A DNA stretch of 64,000 nucleotides from Deltaproteobacteria bacterium (lineage in GTDB: Bacteria > Myxococcota_A > Polyangia > Fen-1088). The DNA lies in contig JANRKS010000006.1 of NCBI GenBank assembly GCA_033763315.1, forward strand, positions 223,568 to 287,567. The letters are read 5' to 3'. The notes under the pieces were generated by a model that saw nothing but the letters and a program-made list of their open reading frames with translations, was not told the DNA's origin and ran no database searches. Position numbers and translations under genes: made by a program. Below, piece after piece: positions 41,098-50,635 of this stretch (positions are counted from its first letter, which is position 1; each line of letters opens with the position of its first letter).

Positions 41098-41904
41098 CTA
41101 TCTGGGAAGGGAGATGCATTCGCTGCAAGAATCGGAGCGCGAGTTGCTCATCACGATTCCGATCGTTATGGCGGCTAAGACGACACCCGCGGCCGTTGCC
41201 CATACCCACGGGCGTCGAAACAGAGGCACGGGCTTCTCGGGCTGTTGGCTTGATGTAATTGTCGCGTCTGCGGTCAACGGCGGAGGGACGGCGGGCTTTG
41301 GAGCGGCAACAACAATTGCTGGCGGCGGTCTTTGCCCGGGGAGATTCACTTGTCGTTCGACCGAGTCACCTGGTCGCAGATCAATCTCAAGGTGTACCGT
41401 CTGGAAGCCATCGTGGCTTGCTTCGAGCATGTGTGAACCGCCACGCAGAGGTATGGGAAAAGCTCTTGCGTCTTCGCTCACCGATTCGCCATCCAGCGAC
41501 ACGAGTGCCATCTGCGGCGTGACGCGCAGTTGAAGCAACGCAATCTTTGGCAGCAGTTCACGCTGTTGGGCTTCAGCCGACTCACGAACCTTCGAAGACG
41601 CCCCCGGAACGTTTCTCAGAAACTGCGCAAATGCATCGTAAGCTTGTGCTTCGCGGCCGGGAATCGCCTTTAGGGCTTGGCCTATGTTGTAGTAAATCTT
41701 GAAGCCGCCAACCACGCTCTGGGCGTGCCTGAACCGCGCAAGCGCTTCTTCGGGCTTCGCTTCGTCAAGCAGGCGATTGCCCTCGCGGACGTCTGCAAGG
41801 GCACCTTGCTTCTCCTGTTCGCTGACGTCACCCGCTTGGGCAAACGATGTCAGAAGGAGTGCCGACGCAAGCACTAGGATCTGCCGGACCAACTTGTTCC
41901 TCAT
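41098..41904 (-). CDS. TPR + PEGA domain protein
   Basis: Signal peptide, 'YYNIGQA' TPR, 'VTP..ALVSLDG...GSH.LEASHDGF' PEGA, 'RRPWVW' TM tail; TGATG coupling to the kinase. Confidence 0.85.
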   Translation of the reverse strand: MRNKLVRQILVLASALLLTSFAQAGDVSEQEKQGALADVREGNRLLDEAKPEEALARFRHAQSVVGGFKIYYNIGQALKAIPGREAQAYDAFAQFLRNVPGASSKVRESAEAQQRELLPKIALLQLRVTPQMALVSLDGESVSEDARAFPIPLRGGSHMLEASHDGFQTVHLEIDLRPGDSVERQVNLPGQRPPPAIVVAAPKPAVPPPLTADATITSSQQPEKPVPLFRRPWVWATAAGVVLAAITIGIVMSNSRSDSCSECISLPR

Positions 41905-43334
41905 CACAGGATGTCCTCATTGCGTTCGGGTTTTGAGGGCTTTGTTCGTCTACGCGCTCGTGGGGCTGGAGGACGCAGATCTTCGTTTGCCGCAGGTGCT
42001 GGTGCTGCAGCCGCTGGATCGGGTTTGCGGGTCGTGTTGACCGGCGCGGGCAGAGACGTTGTCGTGTTTGCAGGCGGGGTTAGCGCGGTCGAGCCCGCGT
42101 CTGCGTTCGCGGCGAGTATGGGCGACGCTGGTGCTGCAGCCATCGAAGTGGGAGAGGGCGTCTCTTTTTGAAGCTTGATCCCGCGGCCCAACGTGGCGCT
42201 GGCCAATCCCACGAGCCCGGCCGCCGCCAACAGCGCACCTCTACGAATCCATGCGCGAAAATGTTGTGTTGTTGGGTCTCCGCTGATGTTGAGCACCGGC
42301 TCCAGTGATTCCGCGGATAACGACGGAAGCAGGCGTGTTTCGCCAATCCTAGCTTTTGCAGGAGGTACCGGTGTTGGCACCGCCAGCGATAAGATCGGGT
42401 GCTCGTTTATTTTCAGGACCTCCGTGGCTCGATCCCTCTGGGCGTCGAGCATGGGACGCAAAGGCCTCAGGAAAGATTTCGCAAACACCGTTATAGATTC
42501 AAAGCGCTCTTTCGGATCCTTGCTTAGGGCCCGCCAGAGGGCCGCCTCTGATGCTGAGGGAACATCAACGTGCAAGGAAGCGAGCGCCGGCGGGGTCGCA
42601 TGGACAACGCGGAACAAGACAGCGGCGGCTGGATCGTCTTCTGTGGGGTCATCCGGGCCAAATGCGGCTCGCCCCGTTAAAAGTTCGAAGACGATCGCCG
42701 CCAAAGAGAACTGGTCTGATCTGCCGTCGATCTCGCGTGTGCGGCCAAGCGCCTGCTCGGGCGACATGTAGTGCGGCGTTCCAATCACCGCCATCGTTTG
42801 CGTCAAGCTGCTCGAACCATCGCGAATCTTCGAGATGCCGAAATCAAGGATGCGAACCAGTTCGCGATCGGCGCCAGGGAGCGTCTCAAGGAAAAGGTTG
42901 GCTGGCTTCAGATCGCGGTGAACGACGGACACGGCGTGCGCAGACTCAAGCGCCAAGGCCACCTGTTCCAGAATGGACGCCACGCGAGGCAGAGGCATGG
43001 GCGTTCCTCGCTGAATCACGGCGTCGAGCGAGGCGCCACTGAGTAGCTCCATGGCGATGAAAGGTCTACCGTCTGGCAGCTGATCGAAATCGAACACCTT
43101 CACGATGTTCGGATGTCTTAGCCGTGACGTTATCTCGGCTTCGCGTTTGAAACGCGCAAGCAACGTTGGCCTTCCGCCAAAGTCAGGCAACAAGACTTTG
43201 ATGGCAACCGGCGCGCCGGTGCGCTCATGGATGCCCTCATAAACTTCTCCCATGCCACCACGTCCGATGAGCCGCGTGATTCGGTACGCGCCGAAGGTGT
43301 TGGGAACAGTGCTTGGTGATTCGCTTTGCAACAT
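41904..43334 (-). CDS. Membrane Ser/Thr protein kinase
   Basis: GRGGMGEVY, AIK, HRDLKPAN, DFG, GTPHYMSPEQ; TM helix and Pro-rich tail. Confidence 0.95.
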   Translation of the reverse strand: MLQSESPSTVPNTFGAYRITRLIGRGGMGEVYEGIHERTGAPVAIKVLLPDFGGRPTLLARFKREAEITSRLRHPNIVKVFDFDQLPDGRPFIAMELLSGASLDAVIQRGTPMPLPRVASILEQVALALESAHAVSVVHRDLKPANLFLETLPGADRELVRILDFGISKIRDGSSSLTQTMAVIGTPHYMSPEQALGRTREIDGRSDQFSLAAIVFELLTGRAAFGPDDPTEDDPAAAVLFRVVHATPPALASLHVDVPSASEAALWRALSKDPKERFESITVFAKSFLRPLRPMLDAQRDRATEVLKINEHPILSLAVPTPVPPAKARIGETRLLPSLSAESLEPVLNISGDPTTQHFRAWIRRGALLAAAGLVGLASATLGRGIKLQKETPSPTSMAAAPASPILAANADAGSTALTPPANTTTSLPAPVNTTRKPDPAAAAPAPAANEDLRPPAPRARRRTKPSKPERNEDIL

Positions 43335-43562
43335 GGCGGATTGAGCCGCACCAGCATTAGGTGTGGATCAGCGGCCACTGTACGGATGCGAAATGAAGGT
43401 GAGAATAGTCATTTGTTTTGCATGGTCGCCGGACGAGGTCTGCGGGCTCTGCGGGCTTTTCCCGTTGCCATACCCTTGTGGTATAAAGGGCGCCGTTCGA
43501 GCCGGGGACCGCGGTTGGGGGGGCAGGCCGGGAGCAGCCACAGTCAGGGAAGAGGGAACTTC

Positions 43563-44471
43563 ATGTCCGCATCACGAGGCCAGGAACTGATAAACGCATT
43601 CGCAGCTATGATTGTGGAGTTTCAGCAGCCTGAGCAAATCTGGCCTCTGATGCTCAGTACTTTGCAGGAATGCATCGGTTTCGACGCCGGCTACATCGCG
43701 GCCAGTTGGGGGAGCGCCACCGAAGGTCGGGGCGCTGTAGCAGCTCATGACGAGCCATTCCTGAAACGAAATCTGGGCCGATACCTCGCCGAGATCTTGC
43801 CCGAAGAGATCGCCCAATACGCCGACCGCGCGCGAATACACCACGACGTTTGGTCGCGCGAACGGCAAAAGGAGTTGTCGGTGTTTCGCGAGGTTCTAGA
43901 TCCCACCGGCATGCAACACATGATCGTGAGGGTAAGCATCAGCCACGGGAATGTGGCGGGATTCAACCTAGAGCGGCGATATGACGAACCGTTCACAACG
44001 TCTGATCTGGGATTGGTGGATACGGTGGCGCCGTTCCTGCATATCGTTGAAGTGCTTACTTTACGATCCCAGGATGAAGGCCGACTAGACGACTTCTGTG
44101 AGAAGCACCGCTTGACGAAGCGCGAGCGGGAGCTGGTTTCCTTTGCAGCCCGAGGGCTTCAGAACAGCGAGATAGGAATTTTGCTTTCCATCTCCCCTAA
44201 CACTGTTCGAAACACGCTGGCAAAGGTGTTCGAGAAAGTTGGTGTCACAAATCGGGCTGAGCTCACTTATCTAACTGCGCAACCCTCATCAGAGGGCAAC
44301 CGCGCTGGTATCACTCCCCCCAGGAGTCACTTGCCGCCTGACGGCCTCCAAACATTCGCCGCCCGAGTGAAGGCGGCGACGGCCTCGAGTGATGCTAGGC
44401 AGTGGTCATCCTCAGCGTCGCCAAGAACAAAGATTGTGTACACGCCGCCGCTCAGCGCACTTACCACCTGA
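43563..44471 (+). CDS. LuxR-family regulator with N-terminal GAF-like domain
   Basis: 'LTKRERELV...GLQNSEIG..LSISPNTVRNTL..VFEKVGV.NRAEL'. Confidence 0.9.
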   Translation: MSASRGQELINAFAAMIVEFQQPEQIWPLMLSTLQECIGFDAGYIAASWGSATEGRGAVAAHDEPFLKRNLGRYLAEILPEEIAQYADRARIHHDVWSRERQKELSVFREVLDPTGMQHMIVRVSISHGNVAGFNLERRYDEPFTTSDLGLVDTVAPFLHIVEVLTLRSQDEGRLDDFCEKHRLTKRERELVSFAARGLQNSEIGILLSISPNTVRNTLAKVFEKVGVTNRAELTYLTAQPSSEGNRAGITPPRSHLPPDGLQTFAARVKAATASSDARQWSSSASPRTKIVYTPPLSALTT

Positions 44472-44474
44472 CCA

Positions 44475-46163
44475 TCACAGCGACTTAAGGTATTCGATCA
44501 ACGCGCGGCGCTCATCATCCTCCAAAGCGTAGCCGAAGGTGTGGCCGTGGTTTCCGTTTCCAGGAAGCTCTGTATCTATGAAGGGCTCCCCGGTGTTCGA
44601 GAGCGTGCCCGTTATGCCGACAGCGTCCTGATCGTAAAGGGTTGAGTCGACGACAAACTTCTTTGGCCGCGGCGATGGCGACAAAAGCGCCTCCAGCGAA
44701 GGTACCGAATTGTTGTGCAAATATGGAGGCGATGCCCAAATTCCTTCCAAAGAGCGCGCCCCGTACTCGTTCGTCTTTCGCCACTGCGGCTGCTCTGGGG
44801 GTGGAGACCCCTGATAGAGCAAACGCTCGACCCTCTGTAGCTCCGCTTGCAACTTGCCCTGGATGAGTCCGAAACTGGTGAGGCGCGAACGGTCGGTATC
44901 CAGGTGACCATCGGCAGTCGTTGTGTCATCGAAGGATTCCACCGAGTGGCATTTTCGACACTTAGTTTCGTAAAGCTCAAAACCGCGTCGCACGCGGGCT
45001 TGATCCAAAGCGCCGAAGGGCCAGCGAGGGGGGATGATCTTATCGGCGAGCCGTTCGAGTTCTTCGATGTTTTCCTTGTTGAGGGTGGTGGTGTTGCCGA
45101 TGACAAGCGCGCCCACTCCAATGGCCTGGCCGATGTTTCGCTGAGTTCGGGACGTGGTGTTGTTGTCCCAGTGCAGCCAGCGGCGCGGGGTTGCGTGCCA
45201 AAGATGCGGATAAGCAACGGGCGAGCGCATCGGCAGATTCAGATCAGGAAACATCAAGTTTGCCGCTGTGACGAAAGCGTCCACTCGGCCAGGCCCTGGA
45301 TTGGTGAAGGGCAAGGCGCCGACCCGGTTTGTGTTTGCAAGAGCGGCCCGTCGGCTCGTTAAAAGCGACTTGAGCCTCGTGATCCAATCGCCGGACAAGG
45401 CTCGTGCGACTTCTTGATCCTTGTGTGTCCCCGTGCCCACTTGGCCGTATTCTAACGCTTCCTTCACCTGACCAACGACCTCCTCACGACGTCCCTTTAA
45501 GCCTCGCAACTCTTCGTCGGTGACAGGATCAACTGCGTCCAACCAACGGCTGGGGTCATTGCCGGGCTTCCCCGTTGAGCCCTTTTGTTTAAGGTAGTCC
45601 TTGCGCCAGCAGAGCGCGAACCGTGTGAGCTTCAAGACATTTGTCTGCATTTTTTCAAAGCCCGACACGCTCTCGTCAAAAAATGCACGGATGTCGAAAC
45701 GGGACGGCGCACCAATGATTTGAAAAGTGGGATGTTTTGAGATCCGACCTACGTGACAAGCAGCACAATTGAAGCCGACCATCCTCATGCTGGGAAGGTC
45801 GGGAGGCGCTGCGACGGTTACTCCAATCGGAAGACCTTCTGGGTTGGACTCGCTTACCGGATCTTCGATCAATCCAAAGTCGCTCCAATGCTTATCGATG
45901 CCAAGGATTCGTATCGCGCATAACGGTAAAAACTCGCTTCCTTCCGAAAGATGGAAGAAACGCGCCGTTTCGACCTCGGTGAGTCCACTCGGCAATGCGA
46001 CGACTTCCGGAGTTACAGCGACTTGCCCGCACCCACCATGATTGGTGCATGAATCCGGGGGGTGCAGATCATCCTTGCAGCTACTGTTCGAGCTTATCGC
46101 AATCAAGAAAAGCGCTTCACGAATCAAATGTCTGCGACTCAGCATAGGCCACCTTTTCAGCAT
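44475..46163 (-). CDS. Secreted di-heme cytochrome c (RoxA-like / peroxidase-like family)
   Basis: CAACH and CRKCH heme motifs; 'GPGRVDAF', 'Y.ARSLEGIWASPPYLHN.SVP', 'PGNGNHGH.FG'. Confidence 0.85.
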   Translation of the reverse strand: MLKRWPMLSRRHLIREALFLIAISSNSSCKDDLHPPDSCTNHGGCGQVAVTPEVVALPSGLTEVETARFFHLSEGSEFLPLCAIRILGIDKHWSDFGLIEDPVSESNPEGLPIGVTVAAPPDLPSMRMVGFNCAACHVGRISKHPTFQIIGAPSRFDIRAFFDESVSGFEKMQTNVLKLTRFALCWRKDYLKQKGSTGKPGNDPSRWLDAVDPVTDEELRGLKGRREEVVGQVKEALEYGQVGTGTHKDQEVARALSGDWITRLKSLLTSRRAALANTNRVGALPFTNPGPGRVDAFVTAANLMFPDLNLPMRSPVAYPHLWHATPRRWLHWDNNTTSRTQRNIGQAIGVGALVIGNTTTLNKENIEELERLADKIIPPRWPFGALDQARVRRGFELYETKCRKCHSVESFDDTTTADGHLDTDRSRLTSFGLIQGKLQAELQRVERLLYQGSPPPEQPQWRKTNEYGARSLEGIWASPPYLHNNSVPSLEALLSPSPRPKKFVVDSTLYDQDAVGITGTLSNTGEPFIDTELPGNGNHGHTFGYALEDDERRALIEYLKSL

Positions 46164-46306
46164 TTCAGCGCACGCTACGCGAAATAGATCGTGATCTTTT
46201 TTCGCGATAAGCGCATCTTAGGGCCGCGAAATCAACAACGTCAATCCTTCGGTGTCGTCTGTGAGAAGTTCATTTCAACAGAGACATCTGTTTGGCTTAG
46301 GAACAC

Positions 46307-47302
46307 ATGTTAAGGACCATCGCTTTTATAGCTGTTGGCGCACATTTCGCCGCATCATCACCGCAGGCGTTTGCTTACAGCGTTCGAAATCATTCGGAGC
46401 TGTTCCGAAGTGCCGCCTCATTCTTCAACGAATGCGTCCAGCGCCATCCACAGGTCATTCCGCCTTATCTGCGTCCTCTTGAACGCCAAGAGCAGATACT
46501 CTTCCAATGCAGCAACATCCAAGATCAAAAATCGATTGATCGACTGAAGATGTGGCACTTTTACTCTCCCAAGCGAATTCCGAAAGCGTCGGTTATGCGG
46601 TTGGGCGCGCTTGCAGTTGACACCCGTCTGGATACGTTTTTTGCCATGGCGGAAAGAGCCTTTGAAGAATCCAACGATCCCGGGCTCGCTTATGCTTTGG
46701 TTGGGGCTGCCATTCATTACCTGCAAGATGTGACAGTGCCCAGCCACGTTATCCCCATCTTTCATCCTGGGATTTTCGACTGGCATGATGAGTTCGATGA
46801 ATACCCAGTCCAAAGTGAACTTGTGAAGGCCGATGCCACTACATGCGCGCAATGGCTTTCAGACCAACGTTCCTTAGGGACGATCTTGCAGGACACGGCC
46901 CAAGACACACTAGACTCTTTGCACGGGCCCACAAATGCGTTTCAGGGACGGCTCCTGAGTTGGGAGATGTTCTGGAAACCAGGAGTCGATGTGGACGGCT
47001 TTGGGAAATATGGCTGTTTCGGCGACAACTTTGGATCCGCAGACCTTTCATGTGCGGGCAAAGCATTTCGGATGAGCTCGCATCTCTACGCAGCCTTTGC
47101 CCGCGCCCGACACAGGATGGCGGTGCGCTCAACCGTCGCGGCAATGGCGGCCGTCCAACGGAAAACCTCTACGTCGACCTGTGCGTGCGTCTCTTCAAAA
47201 TGTCCGTTTCCAGGTCGGGGCTCCGATGGCGAAATCGCGATCGCCTGGTGTTCACCTGAGGTTAACACCAAGGCTACGGATGGTGCCGTTGCCTGCCAGT
47301 AG
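46307..47302 (+). CDS. Zn-dependent phospholipase C / S1-P1 nuclease fold protein
   Basis: Signal ending AFA, then 'YSVRNH', 'HFY', 'HYLQDVTVPSH', 'HDEFD' metal ligands. Confidence 0.75.
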   Translation: MLRTIAFIAVGAHFAASSPQAFAYSVRNHSELFRSAASFFNECVQRHPQVIPPYLRPLERQEQILFQCSNIQDQKSIDRLKMWHFYSPKRIPKASVMRLGALAVDTRLDTFFAMAERAFEESNDPGLAYALVGAAIHYLQDVTVPSHVIPIFHPGIFDWHDEFDEYPVQSELVKADATTCAQWLSDQRSLGTILQDTAQDTLDSLHGPTNAFQGRLLSWEMFWKPGVDVDGFGKYGCFGDNFGSADLSCAGKAFRMSSHLYAAFARARHRMAVRSTVAAMAAVQRKTSTSTCACVSSKCPFPGRGSDGEIAIAWCSPEVNTKATDGAVACQ

Positions 47303-47359
47303 TAGTACGGTTGTACCATTGGCGACACGCTCCAGAGCGTCCGATAGTGCACGTGGACG

Positions 47360-48349
47360 GTGACGGAGAAACAAATGCAAGCCCTAGCGCGACATGAACA
47401 AGACGCCAAAAGACCGACGGAGCAAGCGAGGTCGCTCAGCGTTCGAACAACAAGCCCATTGGTTGCCTCGACTTTTTCGATGGCCGCCAAAGCGGCGCGT
47501 ATGGACATAGGCGTCCTGATTCGAGGTGAGACTGGCGTGGGAAAGGATGTTTTGGCGCGTGCCATTCACGGCGCCTCGGCCCGTTCCAGTGCCCCATTCC
47601 GTGCGATCAACTGCGCATCCCTTACCGCTTCGTTGATTGAGGCGGAATTGTTCGGTCATGAACGGGGATCGTTTACCGGTGCGCATTGTGAGCAGATGGG
47701 TTTGCTTGAGTCAAGCAACGGCGGCACCGTTTTTCTCGATGAAATAGCGGAGGCTCCTCTAGCCTTACAAGCATCGCTCTTACGAGCACTGGAATCGCGC
47801 GAGATCTATCGAATAGGGGGGCGGGCACCCCGCAAGCTTGACGTTCGCTTCATCGCCGCTACCAACCGGGATGTGGCTGCTGAGATGGCTGCCGGGCGTT
47901 TTCGCACCGACCTCTTTTATCGGCTTTCGGCCATGGAGCTCGTACTACCGCCGCTACGGGAGCGCATTGATGATCTGCCCTTGCTTTGCAACGAAATTCT
48001 CATCCAGTTGTGCGCTGAAGGAAACCGCAAGAGGGTGACTTTGACGGACCGCGCGCTTGATGTCCTAAGGAGTTACAGCTGGCCAGGGAACATACGGGAG
48101 CTGAAGAACATCCTCCTGCGGGCACTATCAATGATCGAGACTGGTGAAGTCATAGATGGTGGCGACCTAACATTACCGTGTGCAACGATCCTATCCTGCC
48201 CTCGCGACGAGCGGGCTGCAATCCTGAGCGCATTGAACTGCCACGGCTGGAATCAGGTACGCACCGCGAAGGCCTTGGGCATCTCGCGTACAACATTGGT
48301 TTATCGGTTAAACGAGTACAAGATTCCCCGACCTCAAAAGTACGGCTAA
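47360..48349 (+). CDS. sigma54-dependent activator (AAA+ and Fis HTH, no sensory domain)
   Basis: GETGVGKD, '[13 protein letters not shown]', [14 protein letters not shown]-terminal HTH. Confidence 0.9.
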   Translation: MTEKQMQALARHEQDAKRPTEQARSLSVRTTSPLVASTFSMAAKAARMDIGVLIRGETGVGKDVLARAIHGASARSSAPFRAINCASLTASLIEAELFGHERGSFTGAHCEQMGLLESSNGGTVFLDEIAEAPLALQASLLRALESREIYRIGGRAPRKLDVRFIAATNRDVAAEMAAGRFRTDLFYRLSAMELVLPPLRERIDDLPLLCNEILIQLCAEGNRKRVTLTDRALDVLRSYSWPGNIRELKNILLRALSMIETGEVIDGGDLTLPCATILSCPRDERAAILSALNCHGWNQVRTAKALGISRTTLVYRLNEYKIPRPQKYG

Positions 48350-48372
48350 GCCAAAGGAAAGTTGCGGAAGGA

Positions 48373-50517
48373 ATGAAAAAACAAAGCGGTTTGGATGAGC
48401 ATCTGGCGCCCCGACCAAAGAGCCGCGGCGTTGTTCCCCTAAAGGATATGTTGGTCGAGGAAATGGCGTTCGTTAGAGCGGCGCGGAAGTTGGCGCCTAA
48501 CGAACCGCTCGTTGGCCTCGCTCTTTCGGGTGGAGGCGTACGTTCGGGAACCATTAGCCTTGGTTTCCTTGAGCGACTCACTGAACGCGATCTCCTACAA
48601 TGCTTTGACTACATCTCTTCGGTTTCAGGCGGCAGCTATGCGAGCGGCTATCTTTTCGCCAGCAAGCAAGCCTTCGGGGAGTCCTCCTATGAGGCGCTTT
48701 TCGGTGAACGGGCTAAACATGAGTTGCTTCGCACCGGCCGCTACCTAGCCTTGGGCTCTGGGGTGCGGCGGTACTTTCAAATGGTGCGCTTGTTTGCAGC
48801 GTACGCTTCGTCTCTTGTGTTGAGCTTAGCTTGGTTGCCGGCATTATTCGTTGTGGCGGCGGGGCTGATGGCGGCGCTAAGCGAATACGTTAGCGTTGAG
48901 CGCTCAACAACCTGGGCGTTAACGATCGCTCTCCTAACAGCGTTGCTGCCGGCAGTGGTCCGGCTTGTGCTGTTACCTATCATCGATACTGCCGGAAGGC
49001 TAGCGCGGTGGGCGGGGCGAGGGGCCTACCTGACTGCAACAGTGGCTAGTGCTCGTTCCCTGACGCTGCTGTCGCAGAAGATCGCCAACTATCTCGAAGG
49101 AGTCGCGCTTTTGGTGATCGCCGGTTGCCTTGCAATCGCAGGTGTGGCAAAGGCGGCGGATTGGGGCATACGTGCTTTGCAGGGCCTCAGCGGTCAACCC
49201 GTGGATTTCGAGAACAGAGCGTTTCTGACGGTGGCGGGTTCGGTCGCGCTGGCGTTCATTATTGCTGTTTTTGCGGCCGCCGATTCGTGGAGCCTTTACG
49301 CTTTCTTTCGCAACCTGATTGACTCGAGTTTTTGCGGCGCCGCCTTTAGGGCAGCGGGTCGTTCACAAAAGGAGTCGACGTTACTGCAACGCTTGCGCTC
49401 GCGTTGGGCAGCTCACTTCAGAGACCGTGTTCTGCTTCGCGATCTTGGCGGCCTGATGACCGAGCCCGGTAGCAGACGGCTTCCGTATCCTTTGTTCAAT
49501 GCGGCCACGTACTTTAGAGAGTCGAAAAAAGCACCGGGTGTCCGAGGAAAACACATCAACCCAATGATCTGGAATGCCACAGCAAGTGCCCAGGCCGCGC
49601 CTGCCTACTTTCTCTTTTCCCCCCGTTTCTGCGGCACGCAGGAGACTGGCTATAAGAGGCTCAATGATCGCGACCAAATATACGACAATCTCATGCTGGC
49701 TGACGCCATCACCTGCTCAGCCGCGTCGCTGACGCCATTGCTGTACGGAAACGCCAGTCTACCGGTGACCGTGGCGCTGATGTTCGGAAACTTGAACCTC
49801 GCCTGTTTCTTGCCGAACCCCGACTCTCGAGCCCGGAAATTCTGGAGCCGATTCTGGCCTTCTAGGTACATAGCCATGTTGCGAGGGGGGGCGCCAACCA
49901 ATGCCTCTTCGCTGTTGGTGGCCGACGGTGCCTTCGCTGACAACCTTGGTGTGATTGAGCTTTTGCGACGTCGCTGCTCTCTTATCACATGCGTCGATTC
50001 AACGTTTGACCCGCACTATGATTTTCACGACCTGAGGCGTTTGATTGCGAGGGCCCGCGTTGAACTAGGAATTGAGATTCGCCTGCCTGCCGACGCTGAA
50101 GAGCGAATGCGCCCTTCAGCAATAACCGGCTTTTGCGCTACACCGCTCGTCGTTCTGGACGTAGAGGGAACGATGCCGGATGGAACCGTGTACACCGCAA
50201 AGATCAACTACATCAAGGCGGCACTGGACGAAGCACTTCGACAAGATGAGGGCCGATGGCATGGTTGCTACGACGCGTACCATCCGCAGTTTCCTCAAGA
50301 GACGACGGGTAACCAGTTTTTTGATCCTGAACAATGGCACGCCTACAACACGCTAGGGAAAGTCCTAGCGGATCGGTTCTTGGACACTTTCGATTTTGAG
50401 TACGAGCGAATGGTTTCTTTCGAGGTTGGACGCGAATTTTTAGTGCCTTCGAACAGAGCGCGCGCAACCAATGGCCCGCAATCGACACAGACTCCAAGCT
50501 CGTCAGGCTCGCGATAG
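48373..50517 (+). CDS. Patatin/cPLA2-like phospholipase with inserted TM helices
   Basis: 'GLALSGGGVRS', 'SSVSGGSY', 'DGAFADNLG', 'FPQETTGNQFF'. Confidence 0.85.
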   Translation: MKKQSGLDEHLAPRPKSRGVVPLKDMLVEEMAFVRAARKLAPNEPLVGLALSGGGVRSGTISLGFLERLTERDLLQCFDYISSVSGGSYASGYLFASKQAFGESSYEALFGERAKHELLRTGRYLALGSGVRRYFQMVRLFAAYASSLVLSLAWLPALFVVAAGLMAALSEYVSVERSTTWALTIALLTALLPAVVRLVLLPIIDTAGRLARWAGRGAYLTATVASARSLTLLSQKIANYLEGVALLVIAGCLAIAGVAKAADWGIRALQGLSGQPVDFENRAFLTVAGSVALAFIIAVFAAADSWSLYAFFRNLIDSSFCGAAFRAAGRSQKESTLLQRLRSRWAAHFRDRVLLRDLGGLMTEPGSRRLPYPLFNAATYFRESKKAPGVRGKHINPMIWNATASAQAAPAYFLFSPRFCGTQETGYKRLNDRDQIYDNLMLADAITCSAASLTPLLYGNASLPVTVALMFGNLNLACFLPNPDSRARKFWSRFWPSRYIAMLRGGAPTNASSLLVADGAFADNLGVIELLRRRCSLITCVDSTFDPHYDFHDLRRLIARARVELGIEIRLPADAEERMRPSAITGFCATPLVVLDVEGTMPDGTVYTAKINYIKAALDEALRQDEGRWHGCYDAYHPQFPQETTGNQFFDPEQWHAYNTLGKVLADRFLDTFDFEYERMVSFEVGREFLVPSNRARATNGPQSTQTPSSSGSR

Positions 50518-50635
50518 GCGGCTCCCCTTGTCGAATGAAAGCAGTGGCGCTACCAGCGCCGCAACGTGCGTGGCTGGTTTCACGCACGTTGACGTTCAAG
50601 CCCCTTGCCGCGTCATCGCGCCCGTTAGCCTATTC

